A DNA stretch of 64,000 bases from Bacteroidota bacterium (GCA_019638695.1 JAHBTG010000002.1:14561-78560), one strand, 5' to 3'. Shown: positions 47,353 through 57,314, counted from the first letter of the stretch. The notes: generated by a model from the sequence alone, not told the origin. Program-made: numbers and translations.

Positions 47353-48351
47353 TTATTCACAAAGGGTATCGGCCACTCTTTGCGGAGCTATGGCGGTGGC
47401 ACAACGGAAATGCCCTTGCGGACAGGCCACCTTGCCATGTAACCCGCAAGGCCGGCAGGATAAGGGTTCAGAGGTTTCAATGACTACTGACCGGTCTGCA
47501 CGCGGACCAAACCCGAAGGAAGGTACCGTACTGCAAAAGACAGCTGTGGTAGGGGTATTCATGCTGGTGGCCAGGTGCAGGGGCGCGCTGTCATTGGCAA
47601 ACAGGCGCCGGGCGCCCTGCAGCAGGGCGGCTGTTTGCAGCAGGCTGAGCTCCCCGGCCAGGGCCTGCGCCTGAGGATGGTACCGGGCCAGCCGCCGGCA
47701 CAAATCAGCATCTCCGGGTGCACCCACCAGGTATACGGGGATATCCTGCGGCAGGAGGGTCAGCAAAGCAGCCCACTGTTCCTCCGGCCATTGCTTGGTA
47801 AACCAGACTGAAGCAGGCGCTACTACCACGCGTTGAGACTGGGCGGTATATGCCGCCACCCGGGCATAGTCCTCAGGACCGGGGTGTAAACTGGGCCGCA
47901 CAGGGATATCCGTGCCGCAGAGGTCTGCGATCACCTGGTGGTTCCGCTCCAGCTCATGCTGCCAGGGCTGGCCCGGCAAACCGATAAGGTGGGGATAACG
48001 GCGGGTGTAGCAGAAAGCAAAAGGGTTCTTGGCAAACCCCCTTTTCTCTGTAGCCCGCAACCGCCACATCAGCCAGCCGGATGTGGCAAACCGGTGCAGA
48101 TTAATGGCATAGTCCCAGCGGGTGGCCCGTAACAGGCCGGCCAGCCGCCAAAGATTCCGCAGCTTGCCCGAGTGCTTGTCCCACACCCAAACCTTATCTA
48201 TGGAAGGGTGGTTGGCCAGCAGCGCATCATTCCCCTTACGTACCAGGAAATGGATCTCAGCAGCAGGATGTGCGGCACGCAAACTATTGGCCACAGCCGT
48301 GGCCAGGATCACATCCCCGATAAAGGCTGTTTGCACAATGAGCACCCGCAT
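47353..48351 (-). CDS. glycosyltransferase family 9 (heptosyltransferase-like)
   Basis: N-terminus MRVLIVQTAFIGDVILATAV and C-terminal ...NDSAPLHLA are typical of GT9. Confidence 0.8.
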   Translation of the reverse strand: MRVLIVQTAFIGDVILATAVANSLRAAHPAAEIHFLVRKGNDALLANHPSIDKVWVWDKHSGKLRNLWRLAGLLRATRWDYAINLHRFATSGWLMWRLRATEKRGFAKNPFAFCYTRRYPHLIGLPGQPWQHELERNHQVIADLCGTDIPVRPSLHPGPEDYARVAAYTAQSQRVVVAPASVWFTKQWPEEQWAALLTLLPQDIPVYLVGAPGDADLCRRLARYHPQAQALAGELSLLQTAALLQGARRLFANDSAPLHLATSMNTPTTAVFCSTVPSFGFGPRADRSVVIETSEPLSCRPCGLHGKVACPQGHFRCATAIAPQRVADTLCE

Positions 48352-48359
48352 GGGAAAGC

Positions 48360-48977
48360 CTAGAAGGCATACAAAAGACCCAGACCCCAGTTGCTGAAGT
48401 CCAGTTGCCGCTGCAGGCCCAGGCCGGCATCCACGCTCTGGCGGGTCTTGGTCAGGTTGATGAGAAAGCGAATGGTAATAGGATTGTTGAACAGCAGGTT
48501 CAGCTCTGCCATAGCGGCCGGAGCCAGGAAAGGAGCCTCCAGCGTGGAAGAACGGCCGGAAGACATATCTGTATAAGCGATACGGGCATAGGTGAAGTTA
48601 CCGCCTATACCCAGTCCAAAACCCACGCTGCTTTCATTGTACCGGGTGGCGCCCTGCCCTACCCGTGCGGCCAGGAACACCGGGGTTTGCAACATGATGG
48701 ATACCGGGCTGGTGAAGCCCAGTGCCAGGTGGACGCTGGGGTCCAGACCAATACTGTACATATCGTTGCTATGGGCATAGGCATAATAAGCCCCCCCTGC
48801 AATGCTGTAAAAAGGCAGGGAAGGGGAACTGAAGAAGCCCGTACCGTCCGGGTAAGTGATCCCAATGACATTGATGGACGCACCCAGACGAGGGATGATC
48901 TTCTCCGTAAAGTCCTGAGCGCGGCAAGGCAGGATACCGGCAACCGAAAAAAGAAGTCCGAAGTAAAAGAGTCTCAT
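48360..48977 (-). CDS. hypothetical secreted protein, probable small outer-membrane beta-barrel
   Basis: Signal peptide MRLFYFGLLFSVAGILPCRAQ. Alternating beta-strand-like pattern. C-terminal ...GLGLLYAF. Confidence 0.5.
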   Translation of the reverse strand: MRLFYFGLLFSVAGILPCRAQDFTEKIIPRLGASINVIGITYPDGTGFFSSPSLPFYSIAGGAYYAYAHSNDMYSIGLDPSVHLALGFTSPVSIMLQTPVFLAARVGQGATRYNESSVGFGLGIGGNFTYARIAYTDMSSGRSSTLEAPFLAPAAMAELNLLFNNPITIRFLINLTKTRQSVDAGLGLQRQLDFSNWGLGLLYAF

Positions 48978-49008
48978 GGCTATAGCTTGATTTTACAGGA
49001 GATAACGC

Positions 49009-50052
49009 CTAACTCCACACCTGAGTACCTTCAGTGCAGTTTCTGCAAATATCAATGTTTTTGCGGTCTTGCAGCAACTGCGCCCGGAAGTGGGCATAGG
49101 CAGGACTGTCTTTCCATATTTTGCGGAAACTGGCATCGGGGAAGCGGCCCATCTCATAGCGCGCATCCTTATCAAAACAGCAGGGCAGCACCCGGCCGTC
49201 CCAGGTGATCTCCGCCCCATGCCACAACTTCCAGCAATGGTTGAGGAGCTTGTTTTTGATAACATATCGCCCATTCCGCTTCTGATAGCGGCTTAGCTGC
49301 TCATCCTGGGGAATGAGGTTGGTATTCCGGTCAAAGTCATAGATCTGCGCAGTTTTGACGCTCACACGGTCCACGCCCAGTTCCCGGCCCAACTGCCGGG
49401 CAGCTTCTACCTCATGCTGGTTATGGCTGAACACGATGAACTGCAGATCTACGAAGGGCCCTTTGGCTGCCAGTTCCCGGCGCCAGCGCATGACATTCCG
49501 GGTGCCTTCCAGCACTTTAGAGAAGCTCCCCCCCACCCTGTATTGCTCATAGGTTTCCTGGTTGGTGCCGTCCAGTGAAATGACCAGGCGCCCCAGGCCG
49601 CTTTCTACCGTCTTGCGGGCATTCGCATCATCCAGGAAATGGGCATTGGTACTGGTCATAGTATATACGCCGTGGTCGGCAGCATAACGCACCATATCCA
49701 GGAAAGCCGGGTTCAGGTAAGGCTCCCCCTGGAAATAGAGGATCAGGTAACAGAGATAGGGATGCAGTTCATCTACCAATGCCCGGAAGCGGGCTTCGTC
49801 CAGGCGGCCGGTAGGGCGGGAAAAGCTGCGCAAGCCGCTGGGGCACTGGGGGCAGCGGAGGTTGCAGGCGGTGGTAGGTTCTATACCCACCGAGATAGGC
49901 ATGCCCCAGTGGACGGGCTTACCCTGCCAACGCGCCAGGTAATAGCTGCTCATGACCTGCGCCGCATTCCACACCTTGAGTGGGGTAAGCGTGCGCGCCC
50001 AGTGACGAAATTCCCGGATGGCAGCGTCTCGCATGGTCAAAGGTACGTGCAA
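49009..50052 (-). CDS. radical SAM enzyme with C-terminal SPASM/twitch Cys cluster
   Basis: CNLRCPQCP (CxxxCxxC). C-terminal cysteines ...NHCWKLWHGAEITWDGRVLPCCFD...ICRNC. Confidence 0.85.
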   Translation of the reverse strand: MHVPLTMRDAAIREFRHWARTLTPLKVWNAAQVMSSYYLARWQGKPVHWGMPISVGIEPTTACNLRCPQCPSGLRSFSRPTGRLDEARFRALVDELHPYLCYLILYFQGEPYLNPAFLDMVRYAADHGVYTMTSTNAHFLDDANARKTVESGLGRLVISLDGTNQETYEQYRVGGSFSKVLEGTRNVMRWRRELAAKGPFVDLQFIVFSHNQHEVEAARQLGRELGVDRVSVKTAQIYDFDRNTNLIPQDEQLSRYQKRNGRYVIKNKLLNHCWKLWHGAEITWDGRVLPCCFDKDARYEMGRFPDASFRKIWKDSPAYAHFRAQLLQDRKNIDICRNCTEGTQVWS

Positions 50053-50099
50053 CTTCTCCTCAACGGTGCATGCGGAGCGAAATCCGCATCATAGCAAGG

Positions 50100-51086
50100 C
50101 TAGCAGCTAAGCATATCCACCAGGCGAAGCAGGTTGGGGTTAATGGTGCGGTTGTGTTTGATGGCCTCGGTAAAGGGAATCTCCACCACATCGCGGTGCA
50201 ACAGGCCACAGGCGCCTCCGCTGCGACCGGCCAGGAGTGCCTCCACCGCCGCAGCGCCCAGTCTGCTGGCCAGTATGCGGTCCATGCAGGTGGGAGATCC
50301 CCCGCGCTGGACATGTCCCAAAATGGCCACTTTAGTTTCATATGCCTTGAGGCGCGTTTTCACCTTCTCTGCCACCGCAAAAGCTCCGCCGGCATCATCG
50401 CCTTCTGCCACCACAATGATGCTGCTGCTCTTCTTGCGTTTCCAGCCGCGCTCCAGCAGGGCAATGATCTCATCAATATCCGTGGGGGTCTCGGGGATGA
50501 GGACGGCTTCGGCACCGCTGCCAATGCCCGTGCGCAAGGCTATCAGCCCGGCATCCCGGCCCATAACTTCTACAAAAAAGAGCCTGTCCGTAGCATCTGC
50601 CGTATCCCGGATCTTGTCTATAGCCCGCATGGCGGTATTGATGGCCGTGTCATACCCTATGGTGAAATCCGTACCGTACAGGTCGTTATCTATCGTACCC
50701 GGGCAACCCATGATGCGCAGGTCGGGATACTCTTCGAGCAGGGTCTTGGCGCCCGTATAGGTACCGTCTCCGCCAATCACTACCAGACCGTCCACCCCCA
50801 GCTTGCGCAGGTTATCATACACCCGCCGGCGCCCCTCCGGGGTGCGAAAGGTAACCGAGCGCGCCGTTTTAAGGATAGTGCCGCCCCGCTGGATGATATT
50901 GGACACGGCAGAAGTGGGCAGCGGCACCCAGTCCGACTCTACCAAACCTTCATAGCCGCGCAGGAAGCCAATGGTCTCTACCCCATGATAGGCGGCAGTG
51001 CGCACCACCGCGCGTATGCAGGCGTTCATACCCGGGCTATCTCCCCCGGAAGTCATCACCCCTATCTTCTGGATGCCGGTTTTCAT
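50100..51086 (-). CDS. pfkA: ATP-dependent 6-phosphofructokinase
   Basis: IGVMTSGGDSPGMNA, GGDGTYTGA, PGTIDNDL, MGRDAG motifs. Confidence 0.92.
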   Translation of the reverse strand: MKTGIQKIGVMTSGGDSPGMNACIRAVVRTAAYHGVETIGFLRGYEGLVESDWVPLPTSAVSNIIQRGGTILKTARSVTFRTPEGRRRVYDNLRKLGVDGLVVIGGDGTYTGAKTLLEEYPDLRIMGCPGTIDNDLYGTDFTIGYDTAINTAMRAIDKIRDTADATDRLFFVEVMGRDAGLIALRTGIGSGAEAVLIPETPTDIDEIIALLERGWKRKKSSSIIVVAEGDDAGGAFAVAEKVKTRLKAYETKVAILGHVQRGGSPTCMDRILASRLGAAAVEALLAGRSGGACGLLHRDVVEIPFTEAIKHNRTINPNLLRLVDMLSC

Positions 51087-51197
51087 AACAGTTGTAGTTG
51101 GAACCAATTTCGATCAAATCGATTTGTAGGCAATACATGTGGGCAATGGTGCTATTTTTGCCCGCGGAAAGTTACCCAAAAACCGTTACCGTTCATC

Positions 51198-52142
51198 ATG
51201 TCCCAACCCACCGAACACGTACAGTGCCTTATCATAGGATCCGGTCCTGCCGGCTATACTGCAGCCATCTATGCCGCCCGCGCCAACCTGAAGCCGGTGC
51301 TGTATGCCGGCCTGCAACCCGGCGGACAGCTGACCCTGACTTCCGACGTAGAAAACTACCCCGGTTATCCTGAAGGCATCATGGGCCCCCAGATGATGGA
51401 GGACTTCCGCAAACAGGCAGACCGTTTCGGCACCCAGATCCGCTACAGCAACGTGACGAAAGTAGACTTTTCCCAAAACCCCAAACGCATCTGGACGGAC
51501 GAAGAAAAGCTGCTGACGGCGGATGCCGTGATCATCAGCACCGGCGCCAGCGCCAAATGGCTGGGGCTGGAGAGCGAGAAGCGATTATATGGAATGGGCG
51601 TGAGCGCCTGCGCCGTATGCGACGGCTTCTTCTATAAAGGCAAGGACGTAGTGGTTATCGGAGCCGGAGATACGGCGGCAGAAGAAGCCACCTACCTGGC
51701 CAAGATGTGTGCAAAAGTACATATGCTGGTGCGCCGCGATGCAATGCGGGCCAGCCAGATCATGCAAGAACGGGTGCAGAAAACCCCCAATATCACCGTA
51801 CACTGGAATACCGAAACGGTGGACATCCTGGGCACGGAAGCAGTGGAGGCCGTGCGGGTGCGCAACACGGTTACCGGCGAACAGCAGGACATCCCGGTAT
51901 CCGGTTTCTTTGTGGCCATTGGTCACCAGCCCAACACGGATATCTTCAAAAGCCAGCTGCCTATGGATGAAAACGGCTACCTGGTCACACACGGCAAAAC
52001 CACTCATACGAACATCCCGGGCGTGTTTGCCGCCGGAGATGTGCAGGATCATATCTACCGCCAGGCCGTCACTGCTGCAGGCAGCGGCTGCATGGCAGCC
52101 CTGGATGCGGAACGCTGGCTGGCAGAACAGGGCCTGGCATAA
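51198..52142 (+). CDS. trxB: thioredoxin-disulfide reductase
   Basis: 314 aa. FAD motif IIGSGPAGYTAA, redox centre SACAVCDG, NADPH motif VIGAGDTAAEEA, FAAGDV. Confidence 0.93.
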   Translation: MSQPTEHVQCLIIGSGPAGYTAAIYAARANLKPVLYAGLQPGGQLTLTSDVENYPGYPEGIMGPQMMEDFRKQADRFGTQIRYSNVTKVDFSQNPKRIWTDEEKLLTADAVIISTGASAKWLGLESEKRLYGMGVSACAVCDGFFYKGKDVVVIGAGDTAAEEATYLAKMCAKVHMLVRRDAMRASQIMQERVQKTPNITVHWNTETVDILGTEAVEAVRVRNTVTGEQQDIPVSGFFVAIGHQPNTDIFKSQLPMDENGYLVTHGKTTHTNIPGVFAAGDVQDHIYRQAVTAAGSGCMAALDAERWLAEQGLA

Positions 52143-52228
52143 TCATTTTGCAGATTTTAGCACCTGACCCCCAACCCTTGATTACCTGTTTGCGTACTCC
52201 TTTGATATAGTCTAACCCCTAAACTCTT

Positions 52229-52717
52229 TTGATTATGAAATCACTGCTTTCGCTCTTGCTGATGCTGGCCATGATGCCACTTGCCCAAGCCAATAACGAC
52301 CGCGACAAGAAATCCGGCGCTGCCACCTGTGCAGACTGCGAGACCGCTGCACCCTGCCAGGATTGCGATGCGGCTACACTGGCACCCTGCGCAGATTGTG
52401 AAACGGCTGCCGTAGCCACACCTTCAGCACCACCGGTAGCGGCTGCAGCCCCTGTGAGCCGCAAGGAGGCCCGCCAGGCCTGGCAGGCGATGAGCAAGGA
52501 AGAGCGCCGGGAGGCCAAAAGCAAGCTCCGCGACTTCCTCAAGCACACTCCCCTGGGCATGGCTACCAGCGAACTGGCCCAGCAAGTGAATGATTTCAAG
52601 GCACACGGCAACAACACTGCCGACTACCAGGTGATGATGATGGATGAAACTATCCGTATTCTCCTGATCATCCTGCTGGTGCTGGTCTGCGTTTCCCTGC
52701 TGATCGGCATCCTGTAG
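52229..52717 (+). CDS. hypothetical signal-peptide protein with three CxDC motifs and a C-terminal TM anchor
   Basis: Signal peptide (MKSLLSLLLMLAMMPLAQA). CADCETAAPCQDCDAATLAPCADCETAA. A charged helix. C-terminal TM segment ILLIILLVLVCVSLLIGIL. Confidence 0.6.
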   Translation: MIMKSLLSLLLMLAMMPLAQANNDRDKKSGAATCADCETAAPCQDCDAATLAPCADCETAAVATPSAPPVAAAAPVSRKEARQAWQAMSKEERREAKSKLRDFLKHTPLGMATSELAQQVNDFKAHGNNTADYQVMMMDETIRILLIILLVLVCVSLLIGIL

Positions 52718-52734
52718 GATCACCGCCACATCCC

Positions 52735-52780
52735 TCAAAAAAGAAAGCCCCCTGCAATGTACAGGGGGCTTTCTTTTTCT
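52735..52780. terminator. bidirectional rho-independent terminator
   Basis: Perfect 12-bp stem GAAAGCCCCCTG/CAGGGGGCTTTC (52743-52754 and 52762-52773) with a 7-nt loop. Flanked by an A-run upstream and a T-run downstream. Sits between convergent genes. Confidence 0.85.
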
Positions 52781-52797
52781 ATATCCCGGGGGATACC

Positions 52798-53568
52798 TTA
52801 TACGGCAGCCAGCGCTTCGGCTATGCGGGCAAAGTCTGCAGCATTGAGACTGGCACCGCCGATAAGTCCGCCGTCTACATCCGGTTGGGAAAAGAGCTCA
52901 CGGGCATTCTCCGGGCGCACACTCCCGCCATAGAGAATGGGCGTATTCTGCGCAATGGTCTCACCATAGCGGTCCAGGATCTTGCTGCGGATGAAAGCGT
53001 GCATCTCCTGGGCCTGCTCAGCAGTGGCCGTTTGCCCGGTGCCAATGGCCCACACGGGTTCATAGGCAATGACCACCTGGGCAAAATTCTCTGCCAGCAG
53101 GTTATAGCAGCCAAATAGCAACTGCTTGGTGATCACCTCTTGCTCGGAACCTTTTACCCGGTCTCCCAGGGTCTCGCCCACGCAAAAGACAGGCTTAAGG
53201 CCCGCCTGCCGGGCGCGCACCAGTTTATTGGAAAGTAGGTCGGAGTTTTCACCAAAATACTGCCGGCGTTCGCTATGTCCCACAATCACATAACCTGCAC
53301 CCACACTGGCTATCATTTCACCACTAATCTCTCCTGTGAACGCGCCGTATTTCTCCTGGTGCAGGTTCTGGGCTGCTACGGCAAAGCGGGGATGCCCCAT
53401 CACAGCCTGTGCCACGGGATATAGAAAAGGCGCCGGTACGCCCAGCACTACAGGATAGTCCCCCGTCTGGACAGACTTGAATTGCTGCAGGATATCCTGA
53501 GTGAGCGACAGGGCTTCCCCAAGGTTCAGGTGCATCTTCCAGTTGGCGGCTAACAGCTTACGAGACAT
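52798..53568 (-). CDS. tpiA: triose-phosphate isomerase
   Basis: AANWKMH, VGHSERR, AYEPVWAIGTG motifs. Start at ATG 53568. Confidence 0.93.
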   Translation of the reverse strand: MSRKLLAANWKMHLNLGEALSLTQDILQQFKSVQTGDYPVVLGVPAPFLYPVAQAVMGHPRFAVAAQNLHQEKYGAFTGEISGEMIASVGAGYVIVGHSERRQYFGENSDLLSNKLVRARQAGLKPVFCVGETLGDRVKGSEQEVITKQLLFGCYNLLAENFAQVVIAYEPVWAIGTGQTATAEQAQEMHAFIRSKILDRYGETIAQNTPILYGGSVRPENARELFSQPDVDGGLIGGASLNAADFARIAEALAAV

Positions 53569-53633
53569 GGTTAATGGAATTAATAGTGAAAGGGAATCGG
53601 ACAAATATAATACAATGCAGCACAGCCTTGCGG

Positions 53634-54971
53634 CTATCCGCTATAGCCAAATCCATAGCAATACCAGTCTGCCAGTTGCTGCGTACAGGCCATGACCAGC
53701 ATATAGCCGATGAATAATACATGAAAAATCTGCCAGGGCAGGTTTCTCCGGGCAAAGTGGGCACGCACCGTATCAACATACAGGGGCAGCGCATACCCGG
53801 CCATCAGGGCCAGGAACATGCCCATATGCCGGGTAGTGAACAGATGGACGATGAAATGCTGGGCCATGACCAGGCTCCAGCCCATCCCGGCCAGCAGCAG
53901 GATAACTCCCAGCCAAAAGAGCCTGCGCTCTCCCCGCACCCACTGCCGGCGCATAGCCCACACGGAAAGGCCCGCCAGCGCCCACCCCGGCAGGAGGAAC
54001 AGCCGCTCTATGCGGTTCAGCCAGTCAAAGGGCACCTTAAGATAGTCATACCACATCAGGGAGCGCCCCAGTTCATTGCCCCCGGCCCCCACACCCTGGC
54101 TGCGCACCTGCAGGCTGGTAAACATCTCATGCCACATGGCTTCCCAGCTGCCCATATATAGCCTCACCTGCCACAGGTGCAGCACAAAACCACACACACA
54201 CACAGCACCCAGCAGCAGCGTCTCCACGGTGAGCAGCCTGCGGGTATATAACAGGGAAAACCCGGCAACCACTATCGCCAGGAATACGATGGGCTCAAAG
54301 GACGCATTCACCGCCAGTACCATCCAGAGGCCAGCCAGGGCCAGCCAGGGCCAACGGCGGCCACGGGTGTAATACACCCACAAAGTACCCGTGCACAGCC
54401 ACACAAACAGTTCTTCATACAAGTGTTTGTGGTAGGTATCGGCAAAAAAGACAAAGTAATGAGACAACGCCACTACCAGGGTGCCCGCCACGGCCATGCG
54501 CGGCTGCGGCAGCCACTGCACCAGCAGCCAGGCCATATAGCCATACAGCACCATAGCCAGGAGGATAGGCAGCACCCGCAGGTTGCGGTCATCATCTGCG
54601 CCCAGCACCTGTGCAGAAAGGCCAGCCAGCACATCGGGCAGGGCAGGGTAATGCGTATAGACCATGATAGTGTCCCGCATACCGTGACCGGGGTATTTGA
54701 AAACCGGGAGCAGGTAGGTCTCTCCAAATCCGTAGTCCCGGAAGAACCGGGCCGCGCTCAGGGTATTGATATCGCTGTAGGCATCGCCCCGGATCATATT
54801 GCGGGCAGGGTTACCGGCCTGCCCCAGCGGTACCACGGTAGCTCTCCAGGTAATGAGGGCAAATGCCAGCACAAAGCCTCCCAGGAGCGCACGCCGCTGC
54901 CAGGGCTCAGGAAACCGGGTGAAGAGGAAGCGTCTTGACAAAATCAGATACTTGAGTGGAAATGAGCGCAT
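53634..54971 (-). CDS. polytopic membrane protein, possibly a GT-C-type glycosyl/lipid-modifying transferase
   Basis: 445 aa with more than 10 predicted TM helices and an extracytoplasmic loop GDAYSDINT. Neighbours are LPS-core-type genes. The start is uncertain (65-nt overlap with the upstream gene). Confidence 0.4.
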   Translation of the reverse strand: MRSFPLKYLILSRRFLFTRFPEPWQRRALLGGFVLAFALITWRATVVPLGQAGNPARNMIRGDAYSDINTLSAARFFRDYGFGETYLLPVFKYPGHGMRDTIMVYTHYPALPDVLAGLSAQVLGADDDRNLRVLPILLAMVLYGYMAWLLVQWLPQPRMAVAGTLVVALSHYFVFFADTYHKHLYEELFVWLCTGTLWVYYTRGRRWPWLALAGLWMVLAVNASFEPIVFLAIVVAGFSLLYTRRLLTVETLLLGAVCVCGFVLHLWQVRLYMGSWEAMWHEMFTSLQVRSQGVGAGGNELGRSLMWYDYLKVPFDWLNRIERLFLLPGWALAGLSVWAMRRQWVRGERRLFWLGVILLLAGMGWSLVMAQHFIVHLFTTRHMGMFLALMAGYALPLYVDTVRAHFARRNLPWQIFHVLFIGYMLVMACTQQLADWYCYGFGYSG

Positions 54972-56076
54972 TGTCCATATCTTTCATACAGAAGTTATCA
55001 CCCCCGCAAGGGAGTTCTTCGGTGAAATGCACGCAGGGAGAACACGGCACTTGCAGGTAAACGGCCATATCCGGGGCTTCTGTACGCGCATCCAGATAAT
55101 TCCGGGGGTTAGTGGGCCCCCAGAAGGAAAGCACAGGCAACCCCAGGCTGCGGCCAATATGCAGCGGAGCGCTGTCTATACTGACCATACCGGCGCACTG
55201 GTGATACAGGAAATCATAGTACGCTTCAAAGCTGAGTTGACCTGCCCGGTTCTCTATGCGGGGTTCTCCCGGGAAATGCGCATCCAGGAAAGCCTGGTAC
55301 GCGGCAAAGTCTCCCGGCGCACCCACCAGCGCCAGTGACAAGGGTTGCTGTGCCAGAAGCGTGTGCAGCAATGCCTCGAACTGCGCAGGCGGCAGCTTTC
55401 GCTCCGGAGAAAGGTCGCTGCAGGTATTGTTCACGGCAATATGCGTATAGGAGTGGGTATGCACAGGCCGCGGGAGCGGCTTCTGCGGGAAATGAAACGA
55501 AACCGGCTCAGAAGTGCCCATCACCTGTGCCAACCGCAGGTAATTTTGCCGGATGGCCGAAAAGCGGTTGAAATACACACTATGGGTGTTGAGGTTGCGC
55601 CGGAACTGCACCACATCCAGCACAAACCCGAACCGGTTGCGGGCCAGCGTCCAGAGCGCAAACAGGGGGGTGAGCTTGGAATAGACCTCCAGGTCTGCCA
55701 CCCACAACCCCCTGCGGGCCCAGCAGCGGCGCAGGATGGCCAGCGAACTCACCAGCAAACGAAACAGGTTACGGTCATTGATCACCCAGATCTCATCAAA
55801 GAGACCGGTGGGCGCCAGGCCGGCTTTGAGGCCGCTGCCGCATAACAGGATAAAGCGCGTGTGGGGGTATTGCCTGCGCAAGGCGGCTATACCATCCGCC
55901 GCCATAAATACCGAACCCAGGCCCAGTATCTTGATGAACAGGATATGGCGGGGTGCAGGCTCCAGCGTATGGTTACGACGTAGGACAGCCCCCAGCCCGC
56001 GGGCCAGCACACTGTGCAGGCCGATCAGCCAGCGGCTGAGCACCGCATCCAGTCTACGCTTGGTCTGCAGTTGCAT
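54907..56076 (-). CDS. glycosyltransferase family 9 (heptosyltransferase-like), second copy
   Basis: 389 aa. ILFIKILGLGSVFMAADG, LVGAPGD, SIDSAPLHIG are GT9-like. Confidence 0.75.
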   Translation of the reverse strand: MQLQTKRRLDAVLSRWLIGLHSVLARGLGAVLRRNHTLEPAPRHILFIKILGLGSVFMAADGIAALRRQYPHTRFILLCGSGLKAGLAPTGLFDEIWVINDRNLFRLLVSSLAILRRCWARRGLWVADLEVYSKLTPLFALWTLARNRFGFVLDVVQFRRNLNTHSVYFNRFSAIRQNYLRLAQVMGTSEPVSFHFPQKPLPRPVHTHSYTHIAVNNTCSDLSPERKLPPAQFEALLHTLLAQQPLSLALVGAPGDFAAYQAFLDAHFPGEPRIENRAGQLSFEAYYDFLYHQCAGMVSIDSAPLHIGRSLGLPVLSFWGPTNPRNYLDARTEAPDMAVYLQVPCSPCVHFTEELPCGGDNFCMKDMDNALISTQVSDFVKTLPLHPVS

Positions 56077-56077
56077 A

Positions 56078-56515
56078 TCAGCAGCCGGCCGCTATCTTGG
56101 CCACACGGTTGGCATGGCGCCCCCCTTCAAATGCAGTATTCAAAAAAGCCTCTACGGCAGCAACCGCCACTTCTTGTGAGATAAAGCGTGCGGGCAGGCA
56201 GAGGATATTGGCATCATTATGCTGCCGCGCCAGGGCGGCTAGTTCTGCGGTCCATACCAAAGCGGCGCGCACCTGTGCATACTTATTGGCAGTCATGCAC
56301 ACGCCATTGCCACTACCGCAGATCAGGATACCGCTCACCTCAGTGGGGCGAGCATTCACCCGGCCGGCAAGCGGATGCGCATAGTCCGGGTAATCCACGC
56401 TATCTGCAGTAGCGGGGCCCAGGTCTTCGTAGGCAATGCCTTTGCCGTCCAGGTAGGAACAAAGGTGGCGCTTTAGGTCTACACCGGCGTGGTCTGAAGC
56501 AATGAGCAGTGGCAT
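56078..56515 (-). CDS. rpiB: ribose-5-phosphate isomerase B
   Basis: MPLLIASDHAG, GILICGSGNGV (RpiB/LacAB family). Start at ATG 56515. Confidence 0.9.
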   Translation of the reverse strand: MPLLIASDHAGVDLKRHLCSYLDGKGIAYEDLGPATADSVDYPDYAHPLAGRVNARPTEVSGILICGSGNGVCMTANKYAQVRAALVWTAELAALARQHNDANILCLPARFISQEVAVAAVEAFLNTAFEGGRHANRVAKIAAGC

Positions 56516-56522
56516 GGGAATA

Positions 56523-57314
56523 TTACAAAGGTGGAAAATCCAGGTGAAGAAACTGCCCCAGGGCGGAGAGGAAAGGCTGAGGCGTCTCTGCATGCAGCCA
56601 GTGCCCGGCACCGGGAATGGTCACCAGCTGAGCCTGGGGGAATAATTGCTGAATAAGCGGCCAGTCGGTATCCTTGACGTAAGGGGAGTTGCCGCCGCGC
56701 ATAAAAAGCGTGGGGCCGGTATATGCGGGATTCCCCTCCATACCCACCAGGATCTCATCATACCGGCGGGTAATGACCGGCAGGTTATAGCGCCAGGCAA
56801 ATCCCCCGGCATCCGTGCGATACAGTCCCTTGAGGAGAAACTGGCGGATAGAAGCTTCCGGGATATATTGCTGCAGCACAGCCTCGGCGGCAGCTCTTTG
56901 CTGCAAGGTGGAGAGGTCTATGCTGTTCAGCGCCTCCAGGATGGCATCGTGCCCCCGCTTGTTGCGGCCGGGCGCCATGTCCACCACGGTGAGGGTGCGC
57001 ACCAGGTGAGGGTAATGCGCGGCCAGGTACATGGCGGTTTTACCGCCCATAGAATGCCCCACCAGGTGTACGGGGCCGTTCACTTCCTGCCCAATGAGCG
57101 CCGCAACATCGGCAGCCATATGCGGGTAGTCCCATACTTCCGTGTGCGGACTATGCCCGTGGTTCCGCTGGTCCACAGCCAGCACCCGGGCAAGTTCTCC
57201 CATGCGCAGCCCCAATGTGCGCCAGTTATCCGCACTGCCAAACAGCCCGTGCAAGATGACCAGGGTCTCTGCTCTCTGGCCCGTTGCCTGGAATTGTAAA
57301 GGTACCGTTTGCAT
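56523..57314 (-). CDS. alpha/beta-fold hydrolase
   Basis: 263 aa. HGLFGS oxyanion region. Nucleophile elbow GHSMGG. C-terminal AGHW. Confidence 0.8.
   Translation of the reverse strand: MQTVPLQFQATGQRAETLVILHGLFGSADNWRTLGLRMGELARVLAVDQRNHGHSPHTEVWDYPHMAADVAALIGQEVNGPVHLVGHSMGGKTAMYLAAHYPHLVRTLTVVDMAPGRNKRGHDAILEALNSIDLSTLQQRAAAEAVLQQYIPEASIRQFLLKGLYRTDAGGFAWRYNLPVITRRYDEILVGMEGNPAYTGPTLFMRGGNSPYVKDTDWPLIQQLFPQAQLVTIPGAGHWLHAETPQPFLSALGQFLHLDFPPL

Noticed and set aside
50070-51197. N-terminal ~376 aa of the 690-aa plus-strand ORF 50070-52142
   Set aside because: This part is antisense to a full-length, motif-rich pfkA. Only the portion from ATG 51198 (trxB) looks like a real protein. Long antisense ORFs are common at this GC content.
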